Source: Candidatus Scalinduaceae bacterium
Lineage (GTDB): Bacteria; Planctomycetota; Brocadiia; Brocadiales; Scalinduaceae
Direction of reading: 5' to 3'
Length of the DNA stretch: 40,941 bases
Assembly: GCA_046759445.1 (NCBI GenBank)
Contig: JBHICG010000026.1
Coordinates: forward strand, 1-40,941
Of the stretch, positions 1 to 11,400 are shown piece by piece. How positions within the stretch are numbered: the stretch's first letter is position 1; every line of letters begins with the position of its first letter. The notes under the pieces are model-generated. The model was not told the DNA's origin. It searched no databases and saw only the letters and a list, made by a program, of their open reading frames with translations. The translations under genes were made by a program, and so were the position numbers.

Positions 1-216
1 GGTATATGGGTGAGGAAGAACGATGCCGGTTGGATACCGCTTCACCCCTCTAGTCCTGTGAGTATGGTTACGGGGGATATGGATGGGAACGGTAAGGACG
101 AGGTCATAATAGACTTTGGTCCTGGTATTGGTATATGGGTGAGGAAGAACGATGCCGGTTGGATACCGCTTCACCCCTCAAGCCCTGTGAGTATGGTTAC
201 GGGGGATATGGACGGG
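1..216 (+). repeat. 129-bp intragenic tandem repeat, about 1.7 copies
   Basis: GGTATATGGGTGAGGAAGAACGATGCCGG starts at 1 and again at 130; the copies are near-identical. Confidence 0.9.
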
Positions 217-222
217 GGATAA
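1..222 (+). CDS. 3' end (5'-partial) of an FG-GAP/VCBS-like repeat protein
   Basis: Frame 1 is open from base 1 (GIWVRKNDAGW...) to TAA at 220-222. The 43-aa repeat contains a GDMDGNGKDE Ca-binding-type motif. The true start lies outside the window. Confidence 0.85.
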   Translation, partial: GIWVRKNDAGWIPLHPSSPVSMVTGDMDGNGKDEVIIDFGPGIGIWVRKNDAGWIPLHPSSPVSMVTGDMDGG

Positions 223-524
223 GTGTTGCGTCTAGTGGATCACTAGGAACTGTTTCTTAAAATGGCAATCAGGCTTGGGTGGTAAACCAAGTGCGATATT
301 TTTCATTTTTTTTCAAATTTTTTGTCACATTGTTCCAGGTAATAGCGTATCTTATGCGGTTGAAGTAATTGAGATTTAATGATCCTATGAATGGAACGGT
401 TGCTTTAGCTGCATATTTTAATATAATACTTGCTCTTTGATTGAATTTCCCGTATTGGTGTAGTTATAGATTGTTTGTTTTTCTGTAATTTTTAGAGTTT
501 TTTTTATCCAATTGTAAATTTAGC

Positions 525-3038
525 TTAAGGCTTTTTCTTTTTACCCCACTTATATCCTTTATGATAATTCAGTTCAGATGCAACACCGTTTTTTGATACT
601 GCAAAAAAACGCACTTCATTGTAAGATCTGTCCTTGAATTGTGCCAATGGGAACTCGTACCTGAAACCTGACCACTGCAATGCGTTATTGGTGAAGAGTT
701 TAGCAACTCCTCGCCTATATACATCGGTATGTCCTGAGTAGAAAAATTTGCCATTTACAAAAATCAGAATTGTTTTCGGAAGCCGAGAATTTTTCACATC
801 AGCAGCCCACCCCACAAAAGTAATATAACCATCGTTGTTGACATTTGCAATATCCAGATGCCCCTTTAGAGTACCAGGAATCACTGGAATTGGTTTTCCA
901 TCAGATGTGATGATGTTTTCACGGCTCTTTCCACTGGATACAGAGAGGTAGTAGTTGGCGGTAGATGGGTTTTTCGTATGTGTTAGTCTTGGTTCTTGTT
1001 TCGTCCTAGACAAAACTATTACCTCAACATCGTTTTTGTTTATACGGAAAGATTTATCAGGTAAAATGGCAGAAAACTTTGCCACGTTCCCTTTCTGTAA
1101 AAAAGTTTGTGTTGTGGTACGGATTGTGCCATTGACGCTAATCGCTAAATCGAACGAGCCACTAAGGTTCCTTTTAGTAATTATCCGCCCCTTGATTAGA
1201 CTGGGTAAAAAATTTGCTTCTGGATTCACGTTGGCATAGTTGTTTATTGAGTCAATCTCAACCTCAACGTTTTCTATACCACTTACCTGAATATCGTTAA
1301 GACGCTTGCCAACGAGCTTATTGTGAATTCCAAATTTGAACATACCATTAGGATTTGTACCTGAGCCAAATAGAGAAAGCTTCCGCTCTAGGGCAGTATG
1401 TTTTGTCTCAAAATCAGAATCGATTATAATCTGTTCTTTAGGATGAGCAGTAAAGGCTATTTCAGTCTTCTCAGACGGGCGTGGTTTGAGAGCAGAAGTC
1501 CCATCTACTGTCCATGGAAGATTAATGTCCAAAACCTCTGCGATGGTGGGAAGTATGTCACTTGTTTCTACTTTGCGGTCGCTGATAACACTTTTATGTT
1601 GGTAGGGTTTTTTTATGAAAAGAGGAACCGACAAGATGTCTTGGTAGTTGGATTTTGTAAGTTCCCTACTTTCATCGTTAGGCCAAAAGCTGACACCATG
1701 GTCAGCAGTTATAACAATCAAAGAGCGATCGTAAAGGCCAACTTCTTTTAGTTTGGCAACAAGTTTTCCTAATAGTTTATCAACAAAACCTACTTGAAGA
1801 AGGTGACGTTGAAAATAATGAATAGTTTCTACTTCATCATTGCCCCATCTAGTAGGTGTATTGACAGTATTGTCGTATATCTTTCCTGATGGGAGGTAGA
1901 TCCATGGACGGTGGGGAAAAATACTGTGTAAAAAAAATAGTGTTGGTTGTTTATGTAGATGGAAAGATTCAATAAATTTTTTAAACAGGGCGAGCCGATC
2001 TGGCGCCACTGGATTTTTCTTTTGCGCATCATTATCTAACTTGACAGCAGGAGACATGAAGTTCTTCCAATCTTGTGTGATGACAGGTAATCCGGTAGAC
2101 AAATCTGCAGGTAGGAGGAGGTGAAGATAGACAATGGATATGTCTGACAGCAGAGAGAAAATTCTCTCTACCAGACTCTCATAGAAAGTATTATTTGCAC
2201 GTAATCGGTCAGGGCATAAATGGGTTATAGACTCAAACACGTTCAGATTATACGAATTACCCAACAGCGTAAAGAGATTTTTAGGATAATCTGTGGCAGT
2301 CGGCAGACGTTTTAAGCCGGTAAACGGTGGATAATTGCCGGTTAGGATAGCGGGAGTAGCAATATGTGTGGCCACACTTACGGTAGTAGTATTTCTGAAC
2401 CAGTAGGCCTCCTTGGCCAGGGCTGCAAAATTAGGATAGCGAATAGGATCTATCTGATGGTGCTCATCCATTAATGAGGTCACAGGAAACTCATCGAAGA
2501 CCACCATGACCACTGGTGTTGTGGAATTTACTTTAGCATTAACTATCTCAGAATAGTTCTTTACAAATACAACCTTGTATACAGGAGAATTAAATATAAA
2601 CAAGAAAGGGAAAAGTAATAGCGCTGGTGACAGGATAGTCAGAAATGTTCGTACTAAATGGAAGCGAATATATGTAACCGTGAATGTTATGCCCAGTATG
2701 GCTGCTCCTATCAGTTGAATGGTACCATTAAATTCGAAAAGTTTCTTTAATGCCGGCAAGATAATGGCCGTTAATAAGACAGCTACAAGAAAACCATGTA
2801 CACTTTTGCGAACACGCCTGCTTAAAAGTCCTACCATAAATTCAACCAGAATGAGTAATGATGGAAGTAGGATGACAAGGCAGAAGACAAGAAGGATAAT
2901 ATCAACTGGCTCCGATCGGCGGATAGTAAAGAACTCCGCCTGCCTGGACAGTAAGTCAAACAGCGGTTGTGCAAATGCGAAATTGGACAAGATAAAGATG
3001 TGTATAATGTCTTTAAGAAAATCTTTCTTTGTTTGCAT
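525..3038 (-). CDS. Membrane-anchored sulfatase-like/LtaS-like alkaline phosphatase superfamily transferase
   Basis: 837 aa with about 5 N-terminal hydrophobic segments; motifs VVMVVFDEFP, Thr at the nucleophile position (SVATHIATPAILTG), FPHRPW, ITADHG and DILPTI; beta-rich C-terminal domains. No CxPxR sulfatase motif. Confidence 0.8.
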   Translation of the reverse strand: MQTKKDFLKDIIHIFILSNFAFAQPLFDLLSRQAEFFTIRRSEPVDIILLVFCLVILLPSLLILVEFMVGLLSRRVRKSVHGFLVAVLLTAIILPALKKLFEFNGTIQLIGAAILGITFTVTYIRFHLVRTFLTILSPALLLFPFLFIFNSPVYKVVFVKNYSEIVNAKVNSTTPVVMVVFDEFPVTSLMDEHHQIDPIRYPNFAALAKEAYWFRNTTTVSVATHIATPAILTGNYPPFTGLKRLPTATDYPKNLFTLLGNSYNLNVFESITHLCPDRLRANNTFYESLVERIFSLLSDISIVYLHLLLPADLSTGLPVITQDWKNFMSPAVKLDNDAQKKNPVAPDRLALFKKFIESFHLHKQPTLFFLHSIFPHRPWIYLPSGKIYDNTVNTPTRWGNDEVETIHYFQRHLLQVGFVDKLLGKLVAKLKEVGLYDRSLIVITADHGVSFWPNDESRELTKSNYQDILSVPLFIKKPYQHKSVISDRKVETSDILPTIAEVLDINLPWTVDGTSALKPRPSEKTEIAFTAHPKEQIIIDSDFETKHTALERKLSLFGSGTNPNGMFKFGIHNKLVGKRLNDIQVSGIENVEVEIDSINNYANVNPEANFLPSLIKGRIITKRNLSGSFDLAISVNGTIRTTTQTFLQKGNVAKFSAILPDKSFRINKNDVEVIVLSRTKQEPRLTHTKNPSTANYYLSVSSGKSRENIITSDGKPIPVIPGTLKGHLDIANVNNDGYITFVGWAADVKNSRLPKTILIFVNGKFFYSGHTDVYRRGVAKLFTNNALQWSGFRYEFPLAQFKDRSYNEVRFFAVSKNGVASELNYHKGYKWGKKKKP

Positions 3039-3121
3039 GATAATATTACATAATTTTTAAGTCGAATTTACTATTGCAAGCTGTGTTTTTTAGCTGTTTG
3101 TTATTTTTAGCTGATGTCTAT

Positions 3122-3208
3122 GAATTTCAATGTTGTTTGTAACGTGTTAAAATAAAACCCTAAAGGGTAAAATCCGAAACGGAGTTAAGGCTTTAGCCTT
3201 TTAACTTG
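3122..3208. repeat. 87-bp triple-hairpin element, copy 1
   Basis: Identical to 34956-35042. Hairpins ACCC-TAAA-GGGT, TCCG-AAA-CGGA and AGTTAAGGC-TTTA-GCCTTTTAACT. Overlaps the stop codon of the 3185-4597 gene. Confidence 0.95.
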
Positions 3209-4597
3209 AGCGAAGTACAAGATACGAGTGCCGGATGTTAATATTTTGCGTTCGTTTACGTCAAATGCCTCTGACAGACACTTTTCGAAATATTCGAGCT
3301 CGTAATCATTGTAATTATCGTCCTTATTTCGCAACAGAGTCTTTACCATCTGATCTTCTTTTGTCACGAATTCGATCACTAAATAGGTATTCATGCTTGC
3401 AATCCAATTAATGAATTCTTTAAGTGGGATATTTGCACTAATTACTATATGGTGAATCAGGGCGAGGCAAAGCGTCAGGTCTGGCTTACCCCTCTCCACG
3501 AGAGACTTGCGCTCCAACCCACGCCAGCCAAGATTGGGTGAGGGGTTCGCTATGTTACTGATTAGAGGTAGAATAGACTTATTTCTTTCAGTCTTAAGAG
3601 TTTGAAATAGGTGTTCTATAGTCAGGTTGTCGGCATCCATGGCTACTACATACTTGGAGTTTTCGGCTGCTATTCGAGAATAGATGCCGATGTTACAGCC
3701 AAGATCCCATACAAGGTTCCATGGACGTGACATGACCACGTTACGGACAAATGCCATCTTCATATCACGATCTGAGTCGAGATAGCTTGTATTGCTTGCG
3801 TAATCTGACCATTCCGACTTAGCACGTTTCCAGGTGAGACCACGTACGATTTTGCTAAGACGGTTCACGTTAGCTTTTATCATTTCTTTTTTAAAGCCGG
3901 CAGTACGTAGGCTTCCCTTGATATTTTGATTTCTCGCAGCGTATCTAGCCTGCATTTTGGCTTGTAGATAAACGTGCATAAATACACCGGAACGTAAAAG
4001 ATCACGGACGGACATAAGGTGGTTACAGTGTTCCGGGTCGATACCATCAATGTTTCCTCTTAACCATGGGTGGAAAGGAATATCCTTGTAAGCTTGAAGA
4101 AAGAGTGGATATAGAAACATCTGGCAGAATTGCCGGTACCCTACCCAAGGTTCTCCATCAGCAAGTTTTTCAAATGAAGGAATATCAATAAATATGGGAG
4201 ATACACCCAACCATTGAAAATTGAATGCAGAAGAGTCTTTTAGGATTATTCCTTCGTCAATGGCGACAAGTAATAATTCAAGTTGCAACAAGGCAGCGTC
4301 CTTTAACATTCCGAAAGACCACTCGTAAGGATATGAAATGAATGGGATAGTTTGATGTTTGAGGGTCGCTGCCCACTCCCCTATTATGGCAGGGTATAAC
4401 TTTTCTGAAGCATCAGTTTGTTCGGTGTGAATCAGCTTTCCATCATCCATGTATTGCTTGAAAAAGGTTGTAGACGATAGTGCTTTCCACTCTTTTAGTG
4501 CTTGCTCACTTAAAACACGGAAGACGGTGCCATTGTTGTAAAATACTTTACTGTTGCGATCACGGAATGAACCATGTTCTATTTCGTAGTTTTTCAT
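3185..4597 (-). CDS. NoeA-like protein: N-terminal kinase-like domain plus C-terminal class I SAM methyltransferase
   Basis: Motifs HGSFRD and FISYPYEWSFGMLKDAALL; kinase-like loops ILKDSSAFN and FIDIPS; SAM motif VWDLGCNIG...VAMDAD; LALIHH. Confidence 0.8.
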   Translation of the reverse strand: MKNYEIEHGSFRDRNSKVFYNNGTVFRVLSEQALKEWKALSSTTFFKQYMDDGKLIHTEQTDASEKLYPAIIGEWAATLKHQTIPFISYPYEWSFGMLKDAALLQLELLLVAIDEGIILKDSSAFNFQWLGVSPIFIDIPSFEKLADGEPWVGYRQFCQMFLYPLFLQAYKDIPFHPWLRGNIDGIDPEHCNHLMSVRDLLRSGVFMHVYLQAKMQARYAARNQNIKGSLRTAGFKKEMIKANVNRLSKIVRGLTWKRAKSEWSDYASNTSYLDSDRDMKMAFVRNVVMSRPWNLVWDLGCNIGIYSRIAAENSKYVVAMDADNLTIEHLFQTLKTERNKSILPLISNIANPSPNLGWRGLERKSLVERGKPDLTLCLALIHHIVISANIPLKEFINWIASMNTYLVIEFVTKEDQMVKTLLRNKDDNYNDYELEYFEKCLSEAFDVNERKILTSGTRILYFAQVKRLKP

Positions 4598-4625
4598 GTG
4601 AGGTGAATAATATACGTTAATCTAA

Positions 4626-4770
4626 CACTACATACAACAACACTTTACGGGAACCTGTCATTCTGAGAGAACATCGGGAGCGAAGAATCTCAGCCTTGTA
4701 TTGATAAGGGCTGCATAAACGTGAGATTCTTCGTCGTTCCTCCGCAGAATGACAAAGTGTCGCTGTAGTG
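4626..4770. repeat. Nested palindromic element (TGTCATTCTG...CAGAATGACA type, MITE/RPE-like)
   Basis: Arms CACTACA/TGTAGTG, ACACTTT/AAAGTGT, TGTCATTCTG (4656-4665)/CAGAATGACA (4745-4754) and CGAAGAATCTCA (4681-4692)/TGAGATTCTTCG (4722-4733). Confidence 0.85.
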
Positions 4771-4838
4771 CTAATTAGTTTACTAAATGAGTAGTTAAAC
4801 TCTGTAATCTACGGTTACCACAATAAATCGACTACAAT

Positions 4839-5060
4839 TCAAGAATGGTCTGATTCTGTATCACCCTTATTCTTCTTGCCGATTCCAAACAGGGCAAGAA
4901 ACCGGTGCCAAAATAATTTTAAGATAACTGCCAGACCTGCAAATCCAGCCAACAAAATTTGTAATATCATGCTACCCGAACCTGGATCCAAGTATGCATA
5001 GACAGGGTTTGGCCAGAGCAGCAATATACAGAATATAAAAAAAATAGTTAGTTTTGACAT
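4839..5060 (-). CDS. Small membrane protein with YLDPGSGS motif
   Basis: 73 aa; AGGAGG SD (CCTCCT at 5071-5076 on +); signal-peptide-like N-terminus ending VYA, then YLDPGSGS, one TM helix and a basic tail. Confidence 0.85.
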   Translation of the reverse strand: MSKLTIFFIFCILLLWPNPVYAYLDPGSGSMILQILLAGFAGLAVILKLFWHRFLALFGIGKKNKGDTESDHS

Positions 5061-5170
5061 GTTTTTTTAACCTCCTTTTCAACTCGGCCAGGTAAAAAGC
5101 CAGTTTTGTGAATATATTTGTATTATTTAAAAGCAAGTTGTTTGCAAAAGTAGAATTAACCGTTTCTTGA

Positions 5171-8100
5171 TTATATTTCTAATAATCTCCTGTTTATGTC
5201 ATATGTTGCCATCGACGATATATTTTTCACATAGTTCGATGCCTTTTCTCCCATCGTTTTTGCCGTTTCTCTGTTTTCGTAGACAGTTCTCATATATTCC
5301 ACACATTGATCTATATTCGGTTCTGCCCAAAGTTCACCTTTTTTATAAGGCCCAAAATCTTGTTTTATTGGAGTTAGTTTATAATCTACAAGTAATGAGT
5401 TTTCTGATGTTGTAAATTCCATATTACCTCCATATTTTGTGACTATAACACATTTGCCCAAGCACATTGCTTCTAAAATTCCTATACCCAATCCTTCTGA
5501 TCTGTGTAGTGATACAAAGCAATCAGAAGCATTTACCAATGAGATATAATCTTCCCTTGAAAACCCTTTATCTATGTATATTATGTTTCCGTTACCACTG
5601 TTATTTATAAGATTCTTTATATATTTTTGATTAGTTGAATGATATTGTGAATGTATCGATTTAATTATAAGTTTGGCTTTTTTATCTTTTTCAAATGCCT
5701 TTAAAAACGCATTAATTATACCATCTGGATTTTTTCTTTCAAACGAACTGTGAAAATCAAATGAAAAGATAAAAGCAAAATCCTCTTCAGAGATATTGTA
5801 TCTTTTACGAACTACCTCTGGTTCAATTATATAATTCCAGTTGGACTTAAATGGGTATAAGATTTTTGTTACAGGTTTATGTGTATATTTTCTATATGTA
5901 TGACATGCAAAATCTGAGAACGACCAAACCTCATCAACAAGATCAAATGAAGCCTTGAATGGAAAATAACCCTGAATCTCCCATGCCCAAAAACCGATAT
6001 TGTATTTATCCTTAAACTTGACATGTCCAAAATGTTCATATATATGTGGAAGCTGATCGGCATTTGCAGTTATAAGGTTTATTTTATATATGTTATTCTG
6101 CGTGAAGTATTTGTTTAAATGTTGTATTTTCTCAGGGTTGACATTTTCATGGCATTCAGAAGGAATGTTAATTAATGTGAGTGGAATGCCAGTCTGTCGG
6201 AATGCATCTAATAAACATCTTGATAACTCTGATATTCCCATTAACACTTCAAAATAACCCCATAAATTGACTCCATGTTTATTATCTAGTGTATAATCTT
6301 TTTTATTAACATTGGCCGGATCAAAAAAAATTCTAGATAAATCATATTCTTTTTTCCCTGATTCCCAAACCCATTTATAAAATTTTTCCCTATTATCAGG
6401 TAAACTTTCTATAAGGGGAAATATGCGTTGTAAGTCATTTCTGGAATTGTACATTGAAAACAATAAGCGCGTAATTGGAGGATAAACTTCCTTATTAACA
6501 AAGTTGCATATGTCCATCACACTATCAGGATTCCACGGATTATCAATTTTTGAAAGTATTTGCTTGTGCATTTGTCTCATGAAATCAGGTATTTTGATGG
6601 TTGTACCAGGCAATTTTTCAAAATAATATTGTTTATTGCCAATGTTTATCAAATCGTTTTTTAAAAGTTCATTTCTGTAAAGTTTGAATAATTCTTTAAG
6701 GTGAGGGAAATTTTTAAGGCAAAATCTGTTTTGATGTTTGGATATTTTATCAAGATTTCCAATGACAAATCCACTGAAGTGGAAAAATAAAATATGTTCA
6801 TCGCCCACATACCAATTTCCATCTCTGAATATTATTTCTCTTTCATGTAAGTTCCAGTAAGCCATATTATATGTTTTTTTATTTTGTATATAGACGTTTT
6901 TAAACAATACTGGCAAAAAATCTATCCATTTCTGGTCTACATGAAATCCTTTCTCTACATCCATAAAACAACCATCTATGAGCTTTTCTTGCCACCACTT
7001 TAAAGATCTTTTTGTTTCCTCAGAATCTTTTATGGCGATAAACCCAAGGTTATAGACTCCAGCATTTAAAATGTCAAGATTGGAGGGTTTTTTAGCATCA
7101 TCAGGTATGTTTTCAAGTATATGAGGTGTTAGAATAATGTTGTAGCCATCTAACAGTTTTTCGATTTCGTTTATGTCATTCATAATAAAAACATCAGGGT
7201 CGAAGTATATTACTTTTTCGTATCCACTTCGTAGTAGATATTCAAGAAAAAAAGGTTTTATGGCAGTATTTATCTCTATTATTGTGTATTTAAAAAGCAT
7301 TGCCTCTAAATCAGGTATTTCTATATAATTTTTAATCTCATATATAGGTATTAATAATAAGCCTTCCTGTTGCAAATTGAGGGATAACCTTATATCTTCT
7401 TTATCTTCCAATAAATCGCACAGTAAGATCCTGAAATCAAAATTGGGATTATGAGATTTAAAGGATCGTCCAAGGGTAATAGCGTAAGATAGATAATTTT
7501 TTGAAACTATGGTACAAGCGACTAGTTTGCTTTTTAGTAAATTCATTTGAATTGGCAATACTTTAAGATTTTCATGTTTATGTAGTTTTTTAATTTTTTT
7601 AGACCTTAAAGAAAGATATTTAAGTTTCATATTATCCTTTTTATTTATAGCTATTAGACTTATTTTCCTATAACCTTTTTCAATAAAACTTATCATTCCC
7701 TCTTCTTTCAAGGTCTTGAAGCCTTTATATAACAGATTATTCCTTATTAAGAAAATTGATGGTCTTAATATAAGTTTAATAAGGTTCCTTCTCCTTGTTC
7801 CTTCAGGTAGCAACTTATTTCTTATCTTATAATAAAACAACAACGTCTTCCAACCTCGTGAGTTATATATATTGTTTAAGGTTGTGTCCTTTTCTCTAAT
7901 TGCAGATTCAAGGTTGTTGATGTGGGCGTTCCCTTCCTTTATTGCAGATTCAAGGCCGCCTATGAAAGTATCCTTATCCCTAATTGCAGATTCAAGGTTG
8001 TTGATGTGGGTGTTCCCTTCCTTTATTGCAGATTCAAGGCCGCCTATGAAAGTATCCTTATCCCTAATTGCAGATTCAAGGTTGTTGATGTGGGCATCCC

Positions 8101-9655
8101 TTTCCTTTATTACAGTTTCAAGGTTATCTATGTGTGTATCCTTCTGTCTAAAAAAAGTTTCGGAGAGATCCACAAGATATGAATTTCCAGTTGTTTCTTT
8201 TATTGGACTATCTGATGATATTGCAATGAAGTGACGTGCCTCTTTCTTTTCAGGTGGCACAAAAAGAAATTCGTTCTCACCCTTTTCTATTGCAAAATCT
8301 TTTATGTGACCTTCGTTTTTGGAGAGGGGAAAGATGTTTGAGGACGGGAAGACCTTTTGACCATAGATGAGGATATTTTTAAAGTTGCCTGTGAGAAGGG
8401 CCTTTAATTCATCAAGATAGAATTTCCTTGGATAGAATGACCTTTCATTATTAGATTGGTCTAAATATATATTTCTATTGAATATTGAAACCATAAATAT
8501 TCCATCATCTTTAATGAGTCTTTTTACCTCTTTCATTAGTGCGTTGTAGTCTTCTGCGTTTTCTAATGTCTCAAAACATATTATTACATCAAACATCTTT
8601 TCTTCTTTTATGGGAATATAAGTTATGGAACCTTTAATGAATTTAAGGTTTTCCTTTACATATCTTGAAGAGGCAAGTCTAATAGAGGCAGCATCCATGC
8701 CAAAACCTGTAACGGATTTGGCCTCTTCAGAAATCACGAAACTTCCATAACCATCACCGCATACTAAAACCAAAACATCCTTGTCTTTTACAAATTCCTT
8801 TGCGAGTCTATAGCGATGGAGATGCTCGTAATGCTTAATGCTAGAATTGCTCGTTTCAATCTCCACCTCTCTAGTTAGAGATTTTTCTACTCGTTTTTGG
8901 TCTTCGAGGATGCAATTGTCAGTTACGAGGTGAGAGTATCTTGAATGGATTAATCTTAATGTCTTTAAGAAAGGCAAATGTTCACTGGTTGTCATATTAG
9001 TCCCATCATTGCGGGTTCTAAACTCTGTAGTTATTGACTTAATATGGTAGAAATCACAGTACTGAGAAAGCCGAATACAGAATTCCCAATCTTCGTGCAC
9101 ATCAAGACTTTCATCAAAGAATCCAACTTCATCAAGTAAATTTTTTCTATGAATAATAGTGCTTATGTGAATATAATTGCATACAAGAAAACGATTGCGA
9201 TCAAAATCAAAACGATAAGTAACTTTTTTTTCCGTAGTAACATATTTATCTGTTATCCATGTCTGAAAAGCCTGATATGCATCGGTATAGGCAACTTTGT
9301 AGTTACTTGTTTCGAGAAATCCTTCAAGAGTTTCTAAATGATTTGGATAGTATATGTCATCATCATCCAGATATGCTATATACGTACCCCTTGCTACCTT
9401 CAGGCCAGTATTCCTTGCTGCAGAAAGGCCTCTGTTGTCTTTATGCTTGATATATACTATTTTTCCATCATAATTCAGGGCGTCTATTACGGCCTTAACG
9501 TCCTCACCCGCATCATTGACAACAATAATCTCAAAGTTCTGATAAGTCTGGGAAAGGACACTCTTCAATGCTTCCTTGAGCATATCCGGACGGTTATAAG
9601 TGGGAATTATGACGCTTATAACAGGATTCATTATACTTTTACGTTCATAGTGCAT
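5171..9655 (-). CDS. Multidomain glycan synthase: GT2 + degenerate methyltransferase + coiled coil + GT8-like + GT4
   Basis: 1494 aa. GT2 motifs VIIPTYNR and YLDDDD; MTase-like EHLHRY...CGDGYG; 14-aa repeats; CTIVSKNYL...YFDPD...DQKW; GT4 motifs WAWE, ERKNP and VSLHRSEGLG. Alternative ATG at 9631. Confidence 0.9.
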   Translation of the reverse strand: MHYERKSIMNPVISVIIPTYNRPDMLKEALKSVLSQTYQNFEIIVVNDAGEDVKAVIDALNYDGKIVYIKHKDNRGLSAARNTGLKVARGTYIAYLDDDDIYYPNHLETLEGFLETSNYKVAYTDAYQAFQTWITDKYVTTEKKVTYRFDFDRNRFLVCNYIHISTIIHRKNLLDEVGFFDESLDVHEDWEFCIRLSQYCDFYHIKSITTEFRTRNDGTNMTTSEHLPFLKTLRLIHSRYSHLVTDNCILEDQKRVEKSLTREVEIETSNSSIKHYEHLHRYRLAKEFVKDKDVLVLVCGDGYGSFVISEEAKSVTGFGMDAASIRLASSRYVKENLKFIKGSITYIPIKEEKMFDVIICFETLENAEDYNALMKEVKRLIKDDGIFMVSIFNRNIYLDQSNNERSFYPRKFYLDELKALLTGNFKNILIYGQKVFPSSNIFPLSKNEGHIKDFAIEKGENEFLFVPPEKKEARHFIAISSDSPIKETTGNSYLVDLSETFFRQKDTHIDNLETVIKERDAHINNLESAIRDKDTFIGGLESAIKEGNTHINNLESAIRDKDTFIGGLESAIKEGNAHINNLESAIREKDTTLNNIYNSRGWKTLLFYYKIRNKLLPEGTRRRNLIKLILRPSIFLIRNNLLYKGFKTLKEEGMISFIEKGYRKISLIAINKKDNMKLKYLSLRSKKIKKLHKHENLKVLPIQMNLLKSKLVACTIVSKNYLSYAITLGRSFKSHNPNFDFRILLCDLLEDKEDIRLSLNLQQEGLLLIPIYEIKNYIEIPDLEAMLFKYTIIEINTAIKPFFLEYLLRSGYEKVIYFDPDVFIMNDINEIEKLLDGYNIILTPHILENIPDDAKKPSNLDILNAGVYNLGFIAIKDSEETKRSLKWWQEKLIDGCFMDVEKGFHVDQKWIDFLPVLFKNVYIQNKKTYNMAYWNLHEREIIFRDGNWYVGDEHILFFHFSGFVIGNLDKISKHQNRFCLKNFPHLKELFKLYRNELLKNDLINIGNKQYYFEKLPGTTIKIPDFMRQMHKQILSKIDNPWNPDSVMDICNFVNKEVYPPITRLLFSMYNSRNDLQRIFPLIESLPDNREKFYKWVWESGKKEYDLSRIFFDPANVNKKDYTLDNKHGVNLWGYFEVLMGISELSRCLLDAFRQTGIPLTLINIPSECHENVNPEKIQHLNKYFTQNNIYKINLITANADQLPHIYEHFGHVKFKDKYNIGFWAWEIQGYFPFKASFDLVDEVWSFSDFACHTYRKYTHKPVTKILYPFKSNWNYIIEPEVVRKRYNISEEDFAFIFSFDFHSSFERKNPDGIINAFLKAFEKDKKAKLIIKSIHSQYHSTNQKYIKNLINNSGNGNIIYIDKGFSREDYISLVNASDCFVSLHRSEGLGIGILEAMCLGKCVIVTKYGGNMEFTTSENSLLVDYKLTPIKQDFGPYKKGELWAEPNIDQCVEYMRTVYENRETAKTMGEKASNYVKNISSMATYDINRRLLEI
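7897..8140. repeat. 84-bp (42-bp subunit) tandem repeat encoding a coiled coil
   Basis: TAATTGCAGATTCAAGGTTGTTGATGTGGG at 7897, 7981 and 8065; encodes the unit NLESAIRDKDTFIGGLESAIKEGNTHIN. Confidence 0.9.
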
Positions 9656-10328
9656 TATTTTGAATTTACAAGTTTTTAATATATTTCTGCTATATCCTCT
9701 TATTTTGTAAAACTCTACACTTCTCGTAGCTAGAGCATAAACAACAAGTCTCTATTTTTTGTTATCGACTTAATATCCTTTGTTCTTTTGTGTTTGACTT
9801 TTATATTAAATTACATAATACCTTAAAATTTCTAAAACTGATGTATGTTCAGTTTATGTTGTAGACAAGAAATTTATCTGAATAGTGAGAAAAATTGTTG
9901 TTGTAAAAAAGAAGTATTATATCTTATCATACCAGTAAGAGTAATTTCCATATTTCTCTCTAATTAATTTAATTACGGGAAGGGAGTAGTGTACCAATTA
10001 ATATAAAGATAATTATATTTGGTATTCTATAGTGCTGCAAGCCTAAAAATTAATCAAAGAGTATTATTTTATGAATGATAGACAAGTTTTCTAATGAAAC
10101 TAGCGATGCTTTGGGGCCTTGTCCATAACGATATCAGTAAAGGTTTTTAGTCGTCTGATGAAGGTTGTAAAGGAAGACACACTGTTTGTTAGTAGTATTG
10201 AGGCGATAGATTGGCAGGAGACCATTATCCGGTTTCAAAAAATACATTTATTTTCAATAAATCTCTAGATTGTTGAATAGATCGTCGTATTGCAAGTAGA
10301 AGTTCAAATGTTATTCCAACTATAATAG

Positions 10329-11396
<1,068 letters not shown>

Positions 11397-11400
11397 ATTG

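Noticed and set aside
232..315. Intrinsic terminator after the left-edge gene
   Set aside because: The hairpins CTAGTG/CACTAG and CTTGG/CCAAG are weak and not directly followed by the T-tract.
3122..3208. 87-bp repeat as an integron attC or island att site
   Set aside because: Not a single long palindrome with matching R''/R' boxes; no integrase in the window; copy 1 falls inside an apparently coherent gene module.
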